Shown here one piece after another: positions 1 to 10,416 of a DNA stretch of 52,118 nt. Under the pieces are notes generated by a model. That model did no database searches. It saw nothing but the letters and a program-made list of their open reading frames with translations, and was not told the origin of the DNA. The stretch's first letter is position 1. Each line of letters starts with the position of its first letter. The translations under genes were made by a program, and so were the position numbers. Location: assembly GCA_963726245.1 (NCBI GenBank), contig CAVSBT010000020.1:1-52118 (forward strand), given 5' to 3'. Source of the DNA: an uncultured Chloroflexia bacterium (GTDB lineage Bacteria > Chloroflexota > Dehalococcoidia > DSTF01 > JALHUB01).

Positions 1-1539
1 GCCTTCCGCAGCTCGGTCTTCAGCACCTTGCCCAGGGGGTTGCGCGGGAGCTCCTTGACGAAGGCCACCTCCGAGGGAGCCTTGAAGCTGGCCAGCCGCC
101 CCTTGCAGTACTGGACGATCTCTTCCAGGGTGAGCGTCTCTCCCGGCTTGAGCACCACCACCGCCTTCACCGTCTCGCCCCACTCGGGGTCGGGCACGCC
201 GATGACGGCGGCGTCCGCGATCTTGGGGTGCCCCTCGAGGCAGGCCTCGATCTCGCCCGGCGAGATGTTCTCGCCGCCGCGGATGATGAGGTCCTTGGTG
301 CGGCCGGTGATGAAGAGGTAGCCGTCCTCATCCAGGTAGCCCACGTCGCCGGTGTGCAGCCAGCCGTCGACGATGGCCTGCGCCGTCTCGTCCTCCCGCC
401 TGTAGTACTCGCGCATGATGCGGGCGCCGCTGACGCAGATCTCGCCCTCCTGGTGCGGGCTCCAGCATCTCGTTCCGGCTGTTCATGATGGCGATGGCGA
501 TGTCGTCCATGGCGCGGCCCACGGAGCGCAGCCGCTGGAGCTTCTTCGCCCTCTCCTCCTCCGTGCCCTCGATGAGGTGGTCCTCCGGCCCCAGGTAGGT
601 CATGGTGGAGGTGCTCTCGGTCTGGCCGTAGGCGTTCATCAGGCCGCACTTGAACACGTCGACGGCCTGCCGGACCACCTCGTAGGGCATGGGGGCGGCC
701 CCGTAGGTGATGAGCTGGAGGGAGCTGAGGTCGTACTTGTCGAAGTCCGGGTGCTCCATGATGCGCTTGAGCATCGTGGGGACGACGAAGCTGTGGGTCA
801 CGCGCTCGTTCTGGACCGCCTCCAGCCACAGCTCAGGCTCGAACTGGGGGAGGATGACCAGCGTGCGGCCTCCCCAGATGGCCGACAGGGGGACGGTGGC
901 GCCGGCCACGTGGTAGAGGGGCACCGAGAGGAGCGTCACGTCGCGCTCGCCCTCCGGGTCGGCCGGGTTCATCGTGTTGGTGACGTAGACGGAGAGGGTG
1001 AGGTGCGTGAGGACGACGCCCTTGGGCAGCGCGGTGGTGCCGCTGGTGTAGAGCAGCATGGCGGGGTCGTCCTCTTCGGTCTCGACGAAGACCTCCTCCT
1101 CGCTGCCCGAGGCCATCAGGTCGTCGTAGGACTTCATGCCCCCTGCCGCGGGCCCGTAGCAGAAGAGGTTCTTGATGGCGCTCAGCTCGGGCCGGATGGC
1201 GGAGGCCAGCTCCAGGTAGCGCGGCCCCACGAAGAGGGTCGCGGCCTCGGAGTTGTTGACCATGTAGACGAGCTCCTCGCGCTTGGCCCGGTAGTTGAGA
1301 GGGACGAAGGCGGCGCCGATCCTGGCGCAGGCGTAGGCGGTCTCGATGACCTCGGGGCCGTTGAGGGACATCACCGCCACCTTGTCGCGGCGGGAGATGC
1401 CCAGCGAGAGGAGGGCGTTGGCGAGGCGGTTGACGCGCTGAGCCATCTCCATATAGGTAAGGCGACGGCCCTCGCAGACCAGGGCCTCGCGCTCGGGCAC
1501 AACCATAGAGCTGATTTGCAGGAACTCGGCCGTGTTCAT
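1..1539 (-). CDS. Acyl-CoA synthetase / AMP-binding long-chain fatty acid-CoA ligase (frameshift ~455; C-terminus runs off the left edge)
   Basis: ORF 328..1539 has the A3 motif [11 protein letters not shown] and YGQTE. After a frameshift the reverse strand continues with [15 protein letters not shown] and [11 protein letters not shown]. Confidence 0.9.
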
Positions 1540-1578
1540 CGTCGACCCCCAGGTACAGACTGTCAGGCCGATGTTAGG

Positions 1579-2347
1579 TCAGGGCGATGTTGAGCGCCAG
1601 GCCGCCAGGCCCGCCTCGGCCTCCGGCGAGGCCAGCGCCAGGGAGGCCAGGCGCTGCTCCAGGGCCAGGCCCTGATCGAGGGGCATGTCGAGCCCCTGGA
1701 GGACGGCCTGCTTGGCGCGTCGCAGCGCCTCGACTGGGGCGACCGGCCAGGGAGCGGGCCAGCGCCTCCGCCTCCGCGTAGAGCCGGCGGCGGGGGACGA
1801 CGCGCTGCACCAGCCCCAGGCGCCAGGCCTCGCGGGCGTCGATGGCGTCGCCCGAGAGGATGAGCCCCATGGCGACGCCCGGACTGATCGTGCGGGGCAG
1901 GAGCTGGGTGCCGCCGGCGGAGGGTATGTAGCCCAGGTTCACCTCGGGCAGGCCCAGGCGGGCGTCCTCGGAGGCGATGCGGAAGTCGCAGCACATGCTC
2001 ATCTCGCAGCCGGCCCCCAGGGCGAAGCCGTGGATAGCGGCCACCAGCGGGATCGGGAGGCTGAGCATCAGGCCCCAGAGGTCGCGCTCGTGGCGGGCGC
2101 GGCGGGCCTCGACGAACGAGGGCGCGGTGCCGAACTCGCTGACGTCGGCGCCGGCGGAGAAGGCGCGCCTGCCGGCCCCCTTGATGACCAGCACGCGCAC
2201 GTCCGGGTCGTCGCGGACCGCCTCCATGACCGTCCAGAGCTCGTCGCGCATCTGGAGGTTGACGGCGTTGAGCACCCGCGGCCGGTTGAGGGTCAGCCAG
2301 GCGATCTCGCCTCGCTTCTCATAGATGATGGTCTCGAAAGCATTCAT
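1579..2347 (-). CDS. Enoyl-CoA hydratase/isomerase (frameshift ~1730)
   Basis: LNRP, AFSAGAD, GAGCE and LPEVNLG crotonase motifs with both catalytic Glu present. The C-terminus (AKQAVLQGLDMPL...) is in another frame. Confidence 0.88.
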
Positions 2348-2377
2348 GGCGCCAGAGGCATGGCCGTGGTCGTAGTC

Positions 2378-2431
2378 GTAGAGGAGGGCTTTAGCCCTCC
2401 ACATCCTTGGAGGCCTGAAGGCCTCCGCTAC
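2378..2431. repeat. Inverted pair of GTAG-type REP palindromes (REPIN/BIME-like)
   Basis: GTAGAGGAGGGCTTTAGCCCTCC (2378-2400) and, on the reverse strand, GTAGCGGAGGCCTTCAGGCCTCC (2409-2431). Confidence 0.8.
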
Positions 2432-2438
2432 AGTCTCC

Positions 2439-3226
2439 CTACCTCCCCTTGAAGCGAGGCGTGCGCTTCTCGAGGAAGGCGCGCACCCCTTCGGCGCGGT
2501 CCTCGGTCGTCTGGAGGATGATGGTCAGGTCAGTCTCGTAGCGCAGGGCCTGCTCCAGGGTCATGTCCAGCCCCCGGCTGACGGCCTCCTTCGCGTAGCG
2601 CACGGCGATGGGCCCGCGCTCGGCGATGCGCCCGGCCAGCGCCTCGGCCTCGGCTCAGCAGGCGTCCGCGCGGCACGACCCGGCTCACCAGGCCGATGCG
2701 CAGGGCTTCCTCGGCGTCCACGGCCTCGCCGGTAAGGATCATCTCCAGGGCCTTGCCGCGCCCGACGATGCGGGGCAGCCGCTGGGTGCCGCCGGCCCAG
2801 GGGATGACGCCGTGGCCGGTCTCCGGGCAGGCGAAGCGGGCTTCTTCGGCGGCCGAGACGGATGTCGCAGGCGAGGGCCAGCTCCAGGCCGGCGCTGAGG
2901 GCGTCGCCGTTGACGGCGGCGATGACCGGCTGCGGCAGGCGGGCCAGGCAGCCGAAGGGGTCGCCCAGCAGGCGCTGGCGGCGCGCCCAGTCGAGGGGCG
3001 ACTCTCGCTCCGGGTCCAGCGCCGAGAGGTCCCAGCCGCGACAGAAGGCCTCGCCCTCGCCCGTGAGGATGACGGCGCGCACGGCCTCGTCGTCGGCAAG
3101 CTCGCGGCAGGCGGCCTCGATCTCCTGCGCGGCCTGGCCGTCGATCAGGTTGCCGCGTTCGGGTCTGTGAAGGCGGAGATTGGCGAGGGGGCGGCCCCGC
3201 TCGAGGACGAGCGTCTGGTAGGTCAT
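2439..3226 (-). CDS. Enoyl-CoA hydratase/isomerase (frameshifts ~2855 and ~2650)
   Basis: AFCRGWD, SAGLELALACD, CPETGHG, GGTQRLPRIVG and the terminal GVRAFLEKRTPRFKGR* are spread over successive frames. Confidence 0.85.
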
Positions 3227-3295
3227 GAGCGGAATGCTTTCCGGGGGCGTAGGCGGCACACGCGACAAGGGCCCGGCGGGCCCAAGGCGAGGCCG

Positions 3296-3388
3296 ATTGT
3301 AGCAGTGGCCCAAGGGGTGTCAACGAACTGTTGTGAGGGGACCGGCGCTTTCGGTAGCGTTGACACCCTCTGAGGGCTGACCTATCCT
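3296..3388. promoter_or_regulatory. Back-to-back sigma70-type promoters
   Basis: Minus strand TTGACA-16-TACAAT with extended TG (3296-3323); plus strand TTGACA-17-TATCCT (3360-3388) upstream of ychF. Confidence 0.6.
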
Positions 3389-3436
3389 CGATTCGCGGCC
3401 TCACCCCAGTCGAGCCACCCAGGAGGGGGTACAAGC

Positions 3437-4534
3437 ATGGACTTCGGCCTCATCGGCCTCGCCCGCTCCGGCAAGACGACCGTCTTCGACGTCCTCACGG
3501 GCGGCCACGTTCCGACCGGAACCTACGAGACGGGCGGGCCGCACATAGCGGCCGTCAAGCTGCCGGACCCACGCCTCGACGAGCTGGTCGCCCACTTCAA
3601 GCCCAAGAAGAGCACCCACGCCGACGTCCGCTACCTGGACTTCCCCGGCGCCGCCTTCGCCAAGGGCTTCGGGCGCGAGGGAGGGTCCGCCGAGGTGGTG
3701 ACCGCCCTGGCCCGAACCGACGCCCTCATCCACGTGGTGCGCGCCTTCCGCAGCGAGCGCGTCCCTCACCCGGAGGGCGCTGTCGACCCTCATCGAGACG
3801 TGGCCACGATGGACCTGGAGCTGACCTTCGCCGACCTCGCCTTCGTGCAGAAGAGGCTGGAGCGGCTGGACATCGCCGTGCGCTCCGCCAAGGCGGGGGA
3901 GCGGGCGGCCGGCGAGAAGGAGGTGGCGCTCCTGGAGCGGATCAAGGCCGGACTGGAGGCGGAGACGCCCCTTCGCGCCCAGACGCTCTCGCCCGAGGAG
4001 TGGCGCTCGCTGGAGAACTATGACTTCCTCACCGCCAAGCCCGTCCTGCTCCTCCTCAACATCGACGAGCAGGACGCGTCGCGGGCCGGCGAGCTGGAGG
4101 CGGAGTTCCGTAGCCGCTGGGCGCGGCCCCATCGCGATGTCGCCGCCCTCTGCGCCAGGGTCGAGCTGGAGCTCGGTGAGCTCTCCGAGGAGGAGGCGGC
4201 CGAGTTCCGCGCCGACATGGGCGTGCCGGAGGCGGGACGAGACCTGGTTATCCGGCGCTCGTTCGAGCTGCTGGACCTCATCTCCTTCTTCACGGTCAAC
4301 CCGGAGGACGGCCACGCCTGGGTCGTGCCCCGCGGCACGGCGGCCCTCGCCGCTGCCGGCAAGGTGCACAGCGACATGGAGCGCGGGTTCATCCGGGCGG
4401 AGGTCGTCGGCTGGCGCGAGCTGCTGGATTGCGGCTCGCTGGCGGAGGCCCGCAAGCAGGGGGTCCTGCGCCTGGAGGGCAAGCAGTACGATGTGCAGGA
4501 CGGCGACGTGCTGCACATCCTCTTCAGCGTCTGA
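3437..4534 (+). CDS. ychF: YchF/Ola1-family Obg-like ATPase
   Basis: GLARSGKTT P-loop, PDPRL, HVVRAF, G4 NIDE and the C-terminal AGKVHSDMERGFIRAEV...GKQYDVQDGDV. Confidence 0.9.
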   Translation: MDFGLIGLARSGKTTVFDVLTGGHVPTGTYETGGPHIAAVKLPDPRLDELVAHFKPKKSTHADVRYLDFPGAAFAKGFGREGGSAEVVTALARTDALIHVVRAFRSERVPHPEGAVDPHRDVATMDLELTFADLAFVQKRLERLDIAVRSAKAGERAAGEKEVALLERIKAGLEAETPLRAQTLSPEEWRSLENYDFLTAKPVLLLLNIDEQDASRAGELEAEFRSRWARPHRDVAALCARVELELGELSEEEAAEFRADMGVPEAGRDLVIRRSFELLDLISFFTVNPEDGHAWVVPRGTAALAAAGKVHSDMERGFIRAEVVGWRELLDCGSLAEARKQGVLRLEGKQYDVQDGDVLHILFSV

Positions 4535-4609
4535 CGCCGGCGGGACCGCCCTAGACGCCACGGAGCGTCTCCGCCGGTAGCCGCGAACCTACCCCGGTGC
4601 CGTCTCTCC

Positions 4610-4638
4610 TTGACGCCTTATGTAGGGGGTGCTAACCT
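4610..4638 (+). promoter_or_regulatory. Sigma70-type promoter for tatA
   Basis: TTGACG-17-TAACCT with extended TG. Confidence 0.5.
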
Positions 4639-4677
4639 CAAGGTCGAGAGGCCCCACAGGCCTCCGGAGGAAAGATC

Positions 4678-5007
4678 GTGCTTGCTATAGGCCCCCTGGG
4701 CATCGGCCCCTTCGAGCTCTTGCTGATCCTGGCCGTGGTGGTGATCATCTTCGGCGTGGGCCGGCTGCCCGAGGTGGGCGGCGCCATCGGCAAGAGCATC
4801 CGGGAGTTCCGGCGCTCCAGTCAAGAGCCGGAGAAACCGGACCAGCTCTCCGAGACCGAGGCCGCGCCGGATACCGGGCTTCTGGCCTCAAAGGCGCCGC
4901 CGGCCTCCGACTCCACTCAATACTGCCCCCAGTGCGGCACCGCCGCCACGGCGGGGGCCAAGTTCTGCTCCAAGTGCGGCGCCTCCCTAGGAGCGCCGGT
5001 AAACTAA
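4678..5007 (+). CDS. tatA: TatA/E family subunit with a C-terminal zinc ribbon
   Basis: [36 protein letters not shown] is the TatA TM plus amphipathic helix; the tail is CPQC-x10-CSKC. Confidence 0.88.
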   Translation: MLAIGPLGIGPFELLLILAVVVIIFGVGRLPEVGGAIGKSIREFRRSSQEPEKPDQLSETEAAPDTGLLASKAPPASDSTQYCPQCGTAATAGAKFCSKCGASLGAPVN

Positions 5008-5085
5008 GAGCGACATCCACAGGCCTCCATCAAGGGCCGCCGGCAACCGAAAGGCAAGGCCGGCGGTTCTTCACGTCTTCGGTCA

Positions 5086-5113
5086 GTAGGGGCGGTTCGC
5101 GAACCGCCCCTAC
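5086..5113. repeat. GTAG-type REP, perfect 28-bp palindrome
   Basis: GTAGGGGCGGTTCGCGAACCGCCCCTAC. Confidence 0.8.
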
Positions 5114-5132
5114 GCGGCCCTGCCTCTCGCCC

Positions 5133-5194
5133 TTGACAGCTGCTATACACCTAGATAGTATATGTATAGTCACCCATACCCCCTGGGTGGGGGT
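5133..5194 (+). promoter_or_regulatory. csoR-copA promoter with putative CsoR operator
   Basis: TTGACA-17-TAGTAT (5133-5161), followed by ATACCCCCTGGGTGGGGGT, a C-tract/G-tract box resembling CsoR operators. Confidence 0.65.
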
Positions 5195-5229
5195 CGGCAC
5201 GCGACCCGGGGAGAGAGGCGGGAACAGTC

Positions 5230-5496
5230 ATGCAGGATCCAGTACGCAGCGAGGTTCTGAAGCGCCTGCGGTTCGTCGAGGGGCACCTGGAGGGCGTCCG
5301 TCGCATGATCGAGAAGGACGAGTACTGCGTCGACGTCCTCAAGCAGACGCACGCCGTGCGCAAAGCCATCGAAAAGATGGAGACGATCATGCTGGAGGGC
5401 CACCTCCGCACCTGCGTCGTCGAGGGCATGCGCGACGGGCGCGAGGACCAGGTCGTCGGCGAGCTGATGGACCTCTACGCCCAGGCGAACCGCTAG
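5230..5496 (+). CDS. csoR: CsoR family copper-sensing repressor
   Basis: RLRFVEGHLEG, YCVDVLKQ and GHLRTCV give the Cys-His-Cys Cu(I) fingerprint; it lies upstream of a P1B ATPase. Confidence 0.88.
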   Translation: MQDPVRSEVLKRLRFVEGHLEGVRRMIEKDEYCVDVLKQTHAVRKAIEKMETIMLEGHLRTCVVEGMRDGREDQVVGELMDLYAQANR

Positions 5497-5529
5497 GGGC
5501 CGGCCGCGGCCGGCGGGAGGAGGCTGACA

Positions 5530-5813
5530 ATGGATTCTATTGCTTGGGGGTTGCCCTTGGCGCTGATTGTGCTGGCCTGTCCCCTGATGATGGTGGGCAT
5601 GATGGCCTTCGGATGGCTGTTCATGCGCGGCGCTCGGGGAGCCACAGCGGCCACGGCATGATGATGTGCCACAGCGGGCACGGAGGCAACGGCCACGAAG
5701 GGCACGAACAGGCTGAGCCCGCCGAGTCGACGGACCTGGTGGCCGACCTGAAGGCCCAGCGCGAGCGGCTGGATCAGCTCATCGCGCGGGCGGAGGAGAA
5801 GGCTGCGGACTAG
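5530..5813 (+). CDS. Small His/Met-rich membrane protein, DUF2933-like (frameshift ~5635)
   Basis: RBS GGAGG, then MDSIAWGLPLALIVLACPLMMVGMM; continues in another frame as HSGHGMMMCHSGHGGNGHEGHE plus a coiled tail. Confidence 0.6.
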
Positions 5814-5843
5814 TCCGGCGCAGCGGGTCCTAGAAGGGAATCA

Positions 5844-8438
5844 TTGAGAATGGTGGAGGGCAAGGCGAAGGAGGTCACCCTGCCGGTAGCGGGGATGAGC
5901 TGCGCCGCCTGTGTGAACAAGGTGGAGAAGGCCCTGGAGGGGCTGCACGGCGTGGCCTCGGCCAGAGTGAACCTGGCGGCGGCCAAGGCCGGCGTGGAGT
6001 ACGACCCCGCCGCCTGCTCCCTCGCCGACATGGAGGAGGCGATCACCGGCGTCGGCTATGACGTGCCCTGGGACCGCATCGAGCTGCTGGTGCTGGGCAT
6101 GATGGGCACCCACTGCCAGCCGATCATCGAGAAGGCGGTCGGAGAGATGCCCGGCGTGGTTCACGTAGGGGTAAACCTGGGCACCGATTCGGTCAGCGTG
6201 GAGTACGCCGGCGCAGCCGTTACCGCCGCCCAGATCAAGAAGACCATCCGCGAGTTGGGCTACGAGGTGTCGGACAAGGCTGAGGGCGAGGCGTCGCAGG
6301 ACCGCGAGCGCCGCGCCCGCCAGCAGGAGGTCCGGCGCCAGCTCGTCAACCTGCTCATCGCCGCGCCGCTGGGCCTGCTGGTGATGGCCGGCACCTTCCG
6401 CGATTACTGGGTGCTGCACACCTTCATCCCGAGCTTCCTGGCCAACAAGTACGTCCTCTGGGCCCTGGCGACGCCGGTGGTGCTGGGCCCCGGCCGCCAG
6501 TTCTTCGTCAACAGCTTCAACGGCCTGCGTCGCGGCGTCACCGACATGAACCTCCTCTACGCGACCGGGATCGGCGCCGCCTACTTCATCGCCGTCATCA
6601 ACACGTTCTGGCCTAACGCCGGCTTCGGCGGCGAGAAGGCCACTTTCTACGAATCGGCCGCCCTCCTCACCGCCTTCATCGTCCTCGGCCGCTACCTGGA
6701 GGCGGTGACCCGCGGCCGCACGTCGGAGGCCATCCGCAAGCTGATGACGCTTCAGCCCAAGCGGGCCCACGTCCTCCGCGACGGCGCCGAGATAGAGGTG
6801 CCGGCCGACGAGGTGCAGGTGGGCGACATCTGCCTGGTCCGCCCCGGCGAGAGCATCCCGGTGGACGGCGTCGTCAGCGAAGGCTACTCGGCGGTCGACG
6901 AATCGATGATCACCGGCGAGAGCCTGCCGGTGGAGAAGCGGGCCGGCGACGAGGTGATCGGCGGCACGATCAACAGGACGGGGGCCTTCCGCTTTCGGGC
7001 CACCAGGGTGGGCAAGGAGACGGCCCTGGCCCAGATCGTCAAGCTGGTGGAGGACGCCCAGGCCACCAAGGCCCCCATCCAGCGCCTGGCCGATACGGTG
7101 GCAGGCCACTTCATCCTGGGCGTGCACATGCTGGCCCTGAGCGTGTTCTTGTTCTGGTTCTTCGGCGGCTTCAACTGGTGGTTCGACCCCAACAGCCGCT
7201 TCATGCTGTCCCCCTCGAATCTCAGCGGTCTGCAGGTCTTCGGATTCTCCCTGCTGCTGTCGGTCACGGTCCTGGTCATCTCCTGCCCCTGCGCCGTGGG
7301 TCTGGCCACGCCCAGCGCCATCATGGCCGGCTCCGGCCTGGGCGCCCAGAACGGCATCCTCTTCAAGGGCGCCGACGCCATCGAGAGCACGGCCAAGCTC
7401 CAGACGGTCGTCTTCGACAAGACGGGCACTCTGACCAAGGGCGAGCCCTCGGTGACGGACGTGGTGTCCCTCGACGGGCGTGAGGACGAGGTGCTGCGCC
7501 TGGCGGCCATCGCCGAGAAGAACTCCGAGCACCCGCTGGGCGAGGCCATCGTGCGCGGGGCGCAGGAGCGAGGCCTGGCGCTGCCCGACGCCGAGGAGTT
7601 CGCCGCTATCCCCGGCCAGGGCGTCGAGGCCCGGCACGACGGCAGCCTCATCCTCCTGGGCAACCGCCGGCTCATGGCCGAGCGGCAGGTGGCCCTGGGC
7701 CCGCTCCTCGCCGAGGCCGAGCGCCTGGAGCACGACGGCAAGACGGCGATGTTCGTCGCCGCCGGCGACCGGGCGCTAGGCGTGGTGGCCGTGGCCGATA
7801 CTCTCAAAGAGACCTCGGCGCGGGCGGTCCAGGAGCTGCACCGCCTGGGCCTGGAGGTGGCGATGATCACCGGCGACAACGCGCGCACCGCCGACGCGAT
7901 CGCCCGACAGGTGGGCATCGACCGCGTGCTGGCCGAGGTGCTGCCGCAGGACAAGGCGGCCGAGGTGCGCAAGCTCCAGGAGCAGGGCCGGCAGGTGGCG
8001 ATGGTCGGCGACGGCATCAACGACGCTCCCGCCCTGGCCCAGGCCGACGTGGGCATCGCCATCGGCTCCGGCACCGACGTGGCCAAGGAGACGGGCCACG
8101 TCATCCTGGTCAAGGACGACCTCCTGGACGTGGTGGCGGCCATCCAGGTCGCCAGGTTCACCATGCGGAAGGTGAAGCAGAACCTGGCCTGGGCCTTCGG
8201 CTACAACACCGCCGCCATCCCGCTCGGCGCCGGCGTGCTCTATCCCTTCTTCGCGCAGGTGGTGAGCCCCGAGCTGGCGGCCTTCCTGATGGCCATCAGC
8301 TCCCTCAGCGTGACGCTGAACGCGATGTCCATGCGGGGCTTCCGGCCGCCCATCCGCCGCGGCGGGCCGCCCGTCCGGTTGGAGCCGGCTCGGCAGGAGG
8401 CGAGGGGCATGGGGAGGCCCCTGGAGGAGGTTCACTAG
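5844..8438 (+). CDS. copA: Cu(I)-translocating P1B-type ATPase
   Basis: [34 protein letters not shown], and the YN and MxxSS TM ligands of P1B-1. Confidence 0.95.
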   Translation: MRMVEGKAKEVTLPVAGMSCAACVNKVEKALEGLHGVASARVNLAAAKAGVEYDPAACSLADMEEAITGVGYDVPWDRIELLVLGMMGTHCQPIIEKAVGEMPGVVHVGVNLGTDSVSVEYAGAAVTAAQIKKTIRELGYEVSDKAEGEASQDRERRARQQEVRRQLVNLLIAAPLGLLVMAGTFRDYWVLHTFIPSFLANKYVLWALATPVVLGPGRQFFVNSFNGLRRGVTDMNLLYATGIGAAYFIAVINTFWPNAGFGGEKATFYESAALLTAFIVLGRYLEAVTRGRTSEAIRKLMTLQPKRAHVLRDGAEIEVPADEVQVGDICLVRPGESIPVDGVVSEGYSAVDESMITGESLPVEKRAGDEVIGGTINRTGAFRFRATRVGKETALAQIVKLVEDAQATKAPIQRLADTVAGHFILGVHMLALSVFLFWFFGGFNWWFDPNSRFMLSPSNLSGLQVFGFSLLLSVTVLVISCPCAVGLATPSAIMAGSGLGAQNGILFKGADAIESTAKLQTVVFDKTGTLTKGEPSVTDVVSLDGREDEVLRLAAIAEKNSEHPLGEAIVRGAQERGLALPDAEEFAAIPGQGVEARHDGSLILLGNRRLMAERQVALGPLLAEAERLEHDGKTAMFVAAGDRALGVVAVADTLKETSARAVQELHRLGLEVAMITGDNARTADAIARQVGIDRVLAEVLPQDKAAEVRKLQEQGRQVAMVGDGINDAPALAQADVGIAIGSGTDVAKETGHVILVKDDLLDVVAAIQVARFTMRKVKQNLAWAFGYNTAAIPLGAGVLYPFFAQVVSPELAAFLMAISSLSVTLNAMSMRGFRPPIRRGGPPVRLEPARQEARGMGRPLEEVH

Positions 8439-8656
8439 TGCACGGGCAGCGATCAACCTACGTCAGCGCTCTCATCTACACGGCGGCCTCCCTGCTGGGC
8501 GCGACCGCCTTCCTGGCGGCCACCACCCTCCGCGGCGACTACGACTGGGTGGCCCGACTGGGCGGCGCCGGCTGGGTCTTCTCGCTCATGATGATCATCC
8601 TCATGCCCACGGTGACACCCATCGTCAAGAAGCGGCTCGGCGGACGCCAGGGGTGA
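8438..8656 (+). CDS. Small two-TM membrane protein in the cop operon
   Basis: Start overlaps the copA stop; two hydrophobic segments; LMMIILMP. Confidence 0.65.
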   Translation: MHGQRSTYVSALIYTAASLLGATAFLAATTLRGDYDWVARLGGAGWVFSLMMIILMPTVTPIVKKRLGGRQG

Positions 8657-9177
8657 CCATCTCCCTGCGGTCGAGACGTCAGGCGAGTACGGCGGTCCTC
8701 GTGGCCGCCGTCTTCGCGCTGGCCTTCGCTGCTGCCTGTGGCGGCGGCGGCGAGCCCGCCACTCCGACAGCCCAGCCGTCGCCCACGCCCTCGCCACTGA
8801 CGCTGGTCGACGGCGGCCAGGGCGGCGTCACGATCCAGGTGACGTGGGTGACGCCGGACCTCTTGGCTACCCCAGAGATGGACGGCGCCGGCGAGGTGGA
8901 CCTTTCCCGATACCTGGCCTTCTACGTGCGCATGGACTCGCAGTCGACCGATCTCTCGAAGTACGACCCCAGTCGCGTCAGCGTCCTCCGCCCCCTGAAC
9001 GGCGGCGAATACGAGCCGCAGTCGTGGATTCTACTGAACGTCGCAGAGGATCACCGCGACGGCCTGCTCGTCTTTCCCAAGGTGGACCTGGGAGGCGGAG
9101 GCGTCGAGCTGGTGTTCCGGGGCGTCGGCGGCGTGCCGGAGAGGTCTTATCGCTGGTTTACGCCTCCGGGCGCTTGA
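8653..9177 (+). CDS. Putative lipoprotein, last gene of the cop operon
   Basis: Basic N-terminus, hydrophobic stretch, AAAC lipobox, PT-rich linker and a beta-rich domain; GTGA overlap with the upstream gene. Confidence 0.7.
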   Translation: MTISLRSRRQASTAVLVAAVFALAFAAACGGGGEPATPTAQPSPTPSPLTLVDGGQGGVTIQVTWVTPDLLATPEMDGAGEVDLSRYLAFYVRMDSQSTDLSKYDPSRVSVLRPLNGGEYEPQSWILLNVAEDHRDGLLVFPKVDLGGGGVELVFRGVGGVPERSYRWFTPPGA

Positions 9178-9275
9178 GATGAGTGCCCCGCCTGGGGCCG
9201 CGTGCTATCATGGTCAGTAGTGTCGGTATCATCCGCGTCGAGCGGTGACGCCGACCGGAAATTGCGAGGAATAGT

Positions 9276-10410
9276 TTGCGTTCTTCCGTCAAGCTGGGCT
9301 CCATCTTCGGGGTGCCCATCGGTCTCAACTATTCGTGGTTCCTTACCTTCGGATTCGTTGTTCTGATCCTGGCCATCCGCGTCTACCCCGACATCTTCCC
9401 TGAACTCCGACGCCTCGCTCTACTGGCCCATGGCCGTCATCAGTGGCGTGCTCTTCTTCGCTTCCATCCTCACGCACGAGATGGCCCACAGCCTCATAGC
9501 GAAGGCCTACGGCATCCCCGTGAAGGGGATCACGCTCTTCATCTTCGGGGGCGTGTCCCAGATCACCAGGGAGGCGACGCGGCCGCTGGCGGAGTTCATC
9601 ATGGCCTTCGCCGGGCCGGCCACGAGCGTCCTCCTGGCAGGGATGTTCGGGCTGCTGTGGTGGCTCGCCGGGGCGGGAGAAGCCAGGCCGCTGGCGGTCA
9701 TGCTCGAGTGGCTCTGGCTCATGAACCTATTCCTGGGCGCCTTCAACCTGGCGCCCGGCTTCCCCATGGACGGCGGGCGCATCCTGCGCTCGGCCCTCTG
9801 GGGGATCACCGGCAACTACCACAAGTCGACACGGTGGGCCTCCCGCATCGGCCAGTTCATGGCCTACGGGCTCATGGCGATCGGTTTCGCCGGCGTCATC
9901 GGTCTCGTCGGCTTCTTGGATCCGGTGGGCAGCCTCTGGCTGATCGTGCTGGCCATGTTCCTGGAGGGCGCCGCCCGCCAGAGCTGGCGCCAGGTGCGGA
10001 CTCTCGAGTTCCTGAAGACCATCCACGCCCGCGACGTCATGACCAGCGAGCTGCCGACAGCCGCCGCCGATACCCCCATCGCCGAGGTGCTGGCGTCCAA
10101 CTCGCCCGCGCGGCGCGCCGGATGCGTGTTCGTGATAGACGATCAGAAGGTGGTGGGTCTGATCCAGGCCGATGCCCTTAGCAAGCTCGGCCGAGACCAA
10201 TGGCAGACCACCCCTGCCGGCCAGGTGATGACCCCCACCGCTCAGGTGGCCGTCATCGGCCCCGAGGAGGACGCGGCCAGCATCCTCCAGAGGATGGAGG
10301 CTCAGGACCTCTTTGGTCTGCCGGTGGTCGATGGCGGGCGTCTCATTGGTTTCGTCTCCAGGGAGGGTCTGGCCCGCCTGCTGGCAGGGCACCGAGAGCT
10401 GACCGCCTAG
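9276..10410 (+). CDS. M50 site-2 protease with CBS domains (frameshift ~9415)
   Basis: HEMAH zinc motif, AGP, FNLAPGFPMDGG and a C-terminal CBS pair; the N-terminus (GVPIGLNYSW) is in another frame. Confidence 0.9.
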
Positions 10411-10416
10411 CGGGGT

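Noticed and set aside
5033-5072. Hairpin containing GGCAACCGAAAGG, superficially like a c-di-GMP-I riboswitch stem
   Set aside because: Lacks the GACGCAAA junction and second stem, and lies upstream of the csoR promoter; more likely a tatA 3' hairpin or terminator.
5655-5665. In-frame TGA in the His/Met-rich ORF as possible selenocysteine
   Set aside because: The downstream His-rich sequence is in a different frame, so a frameshift rather than readthrough explains it; no SECIS is evident.
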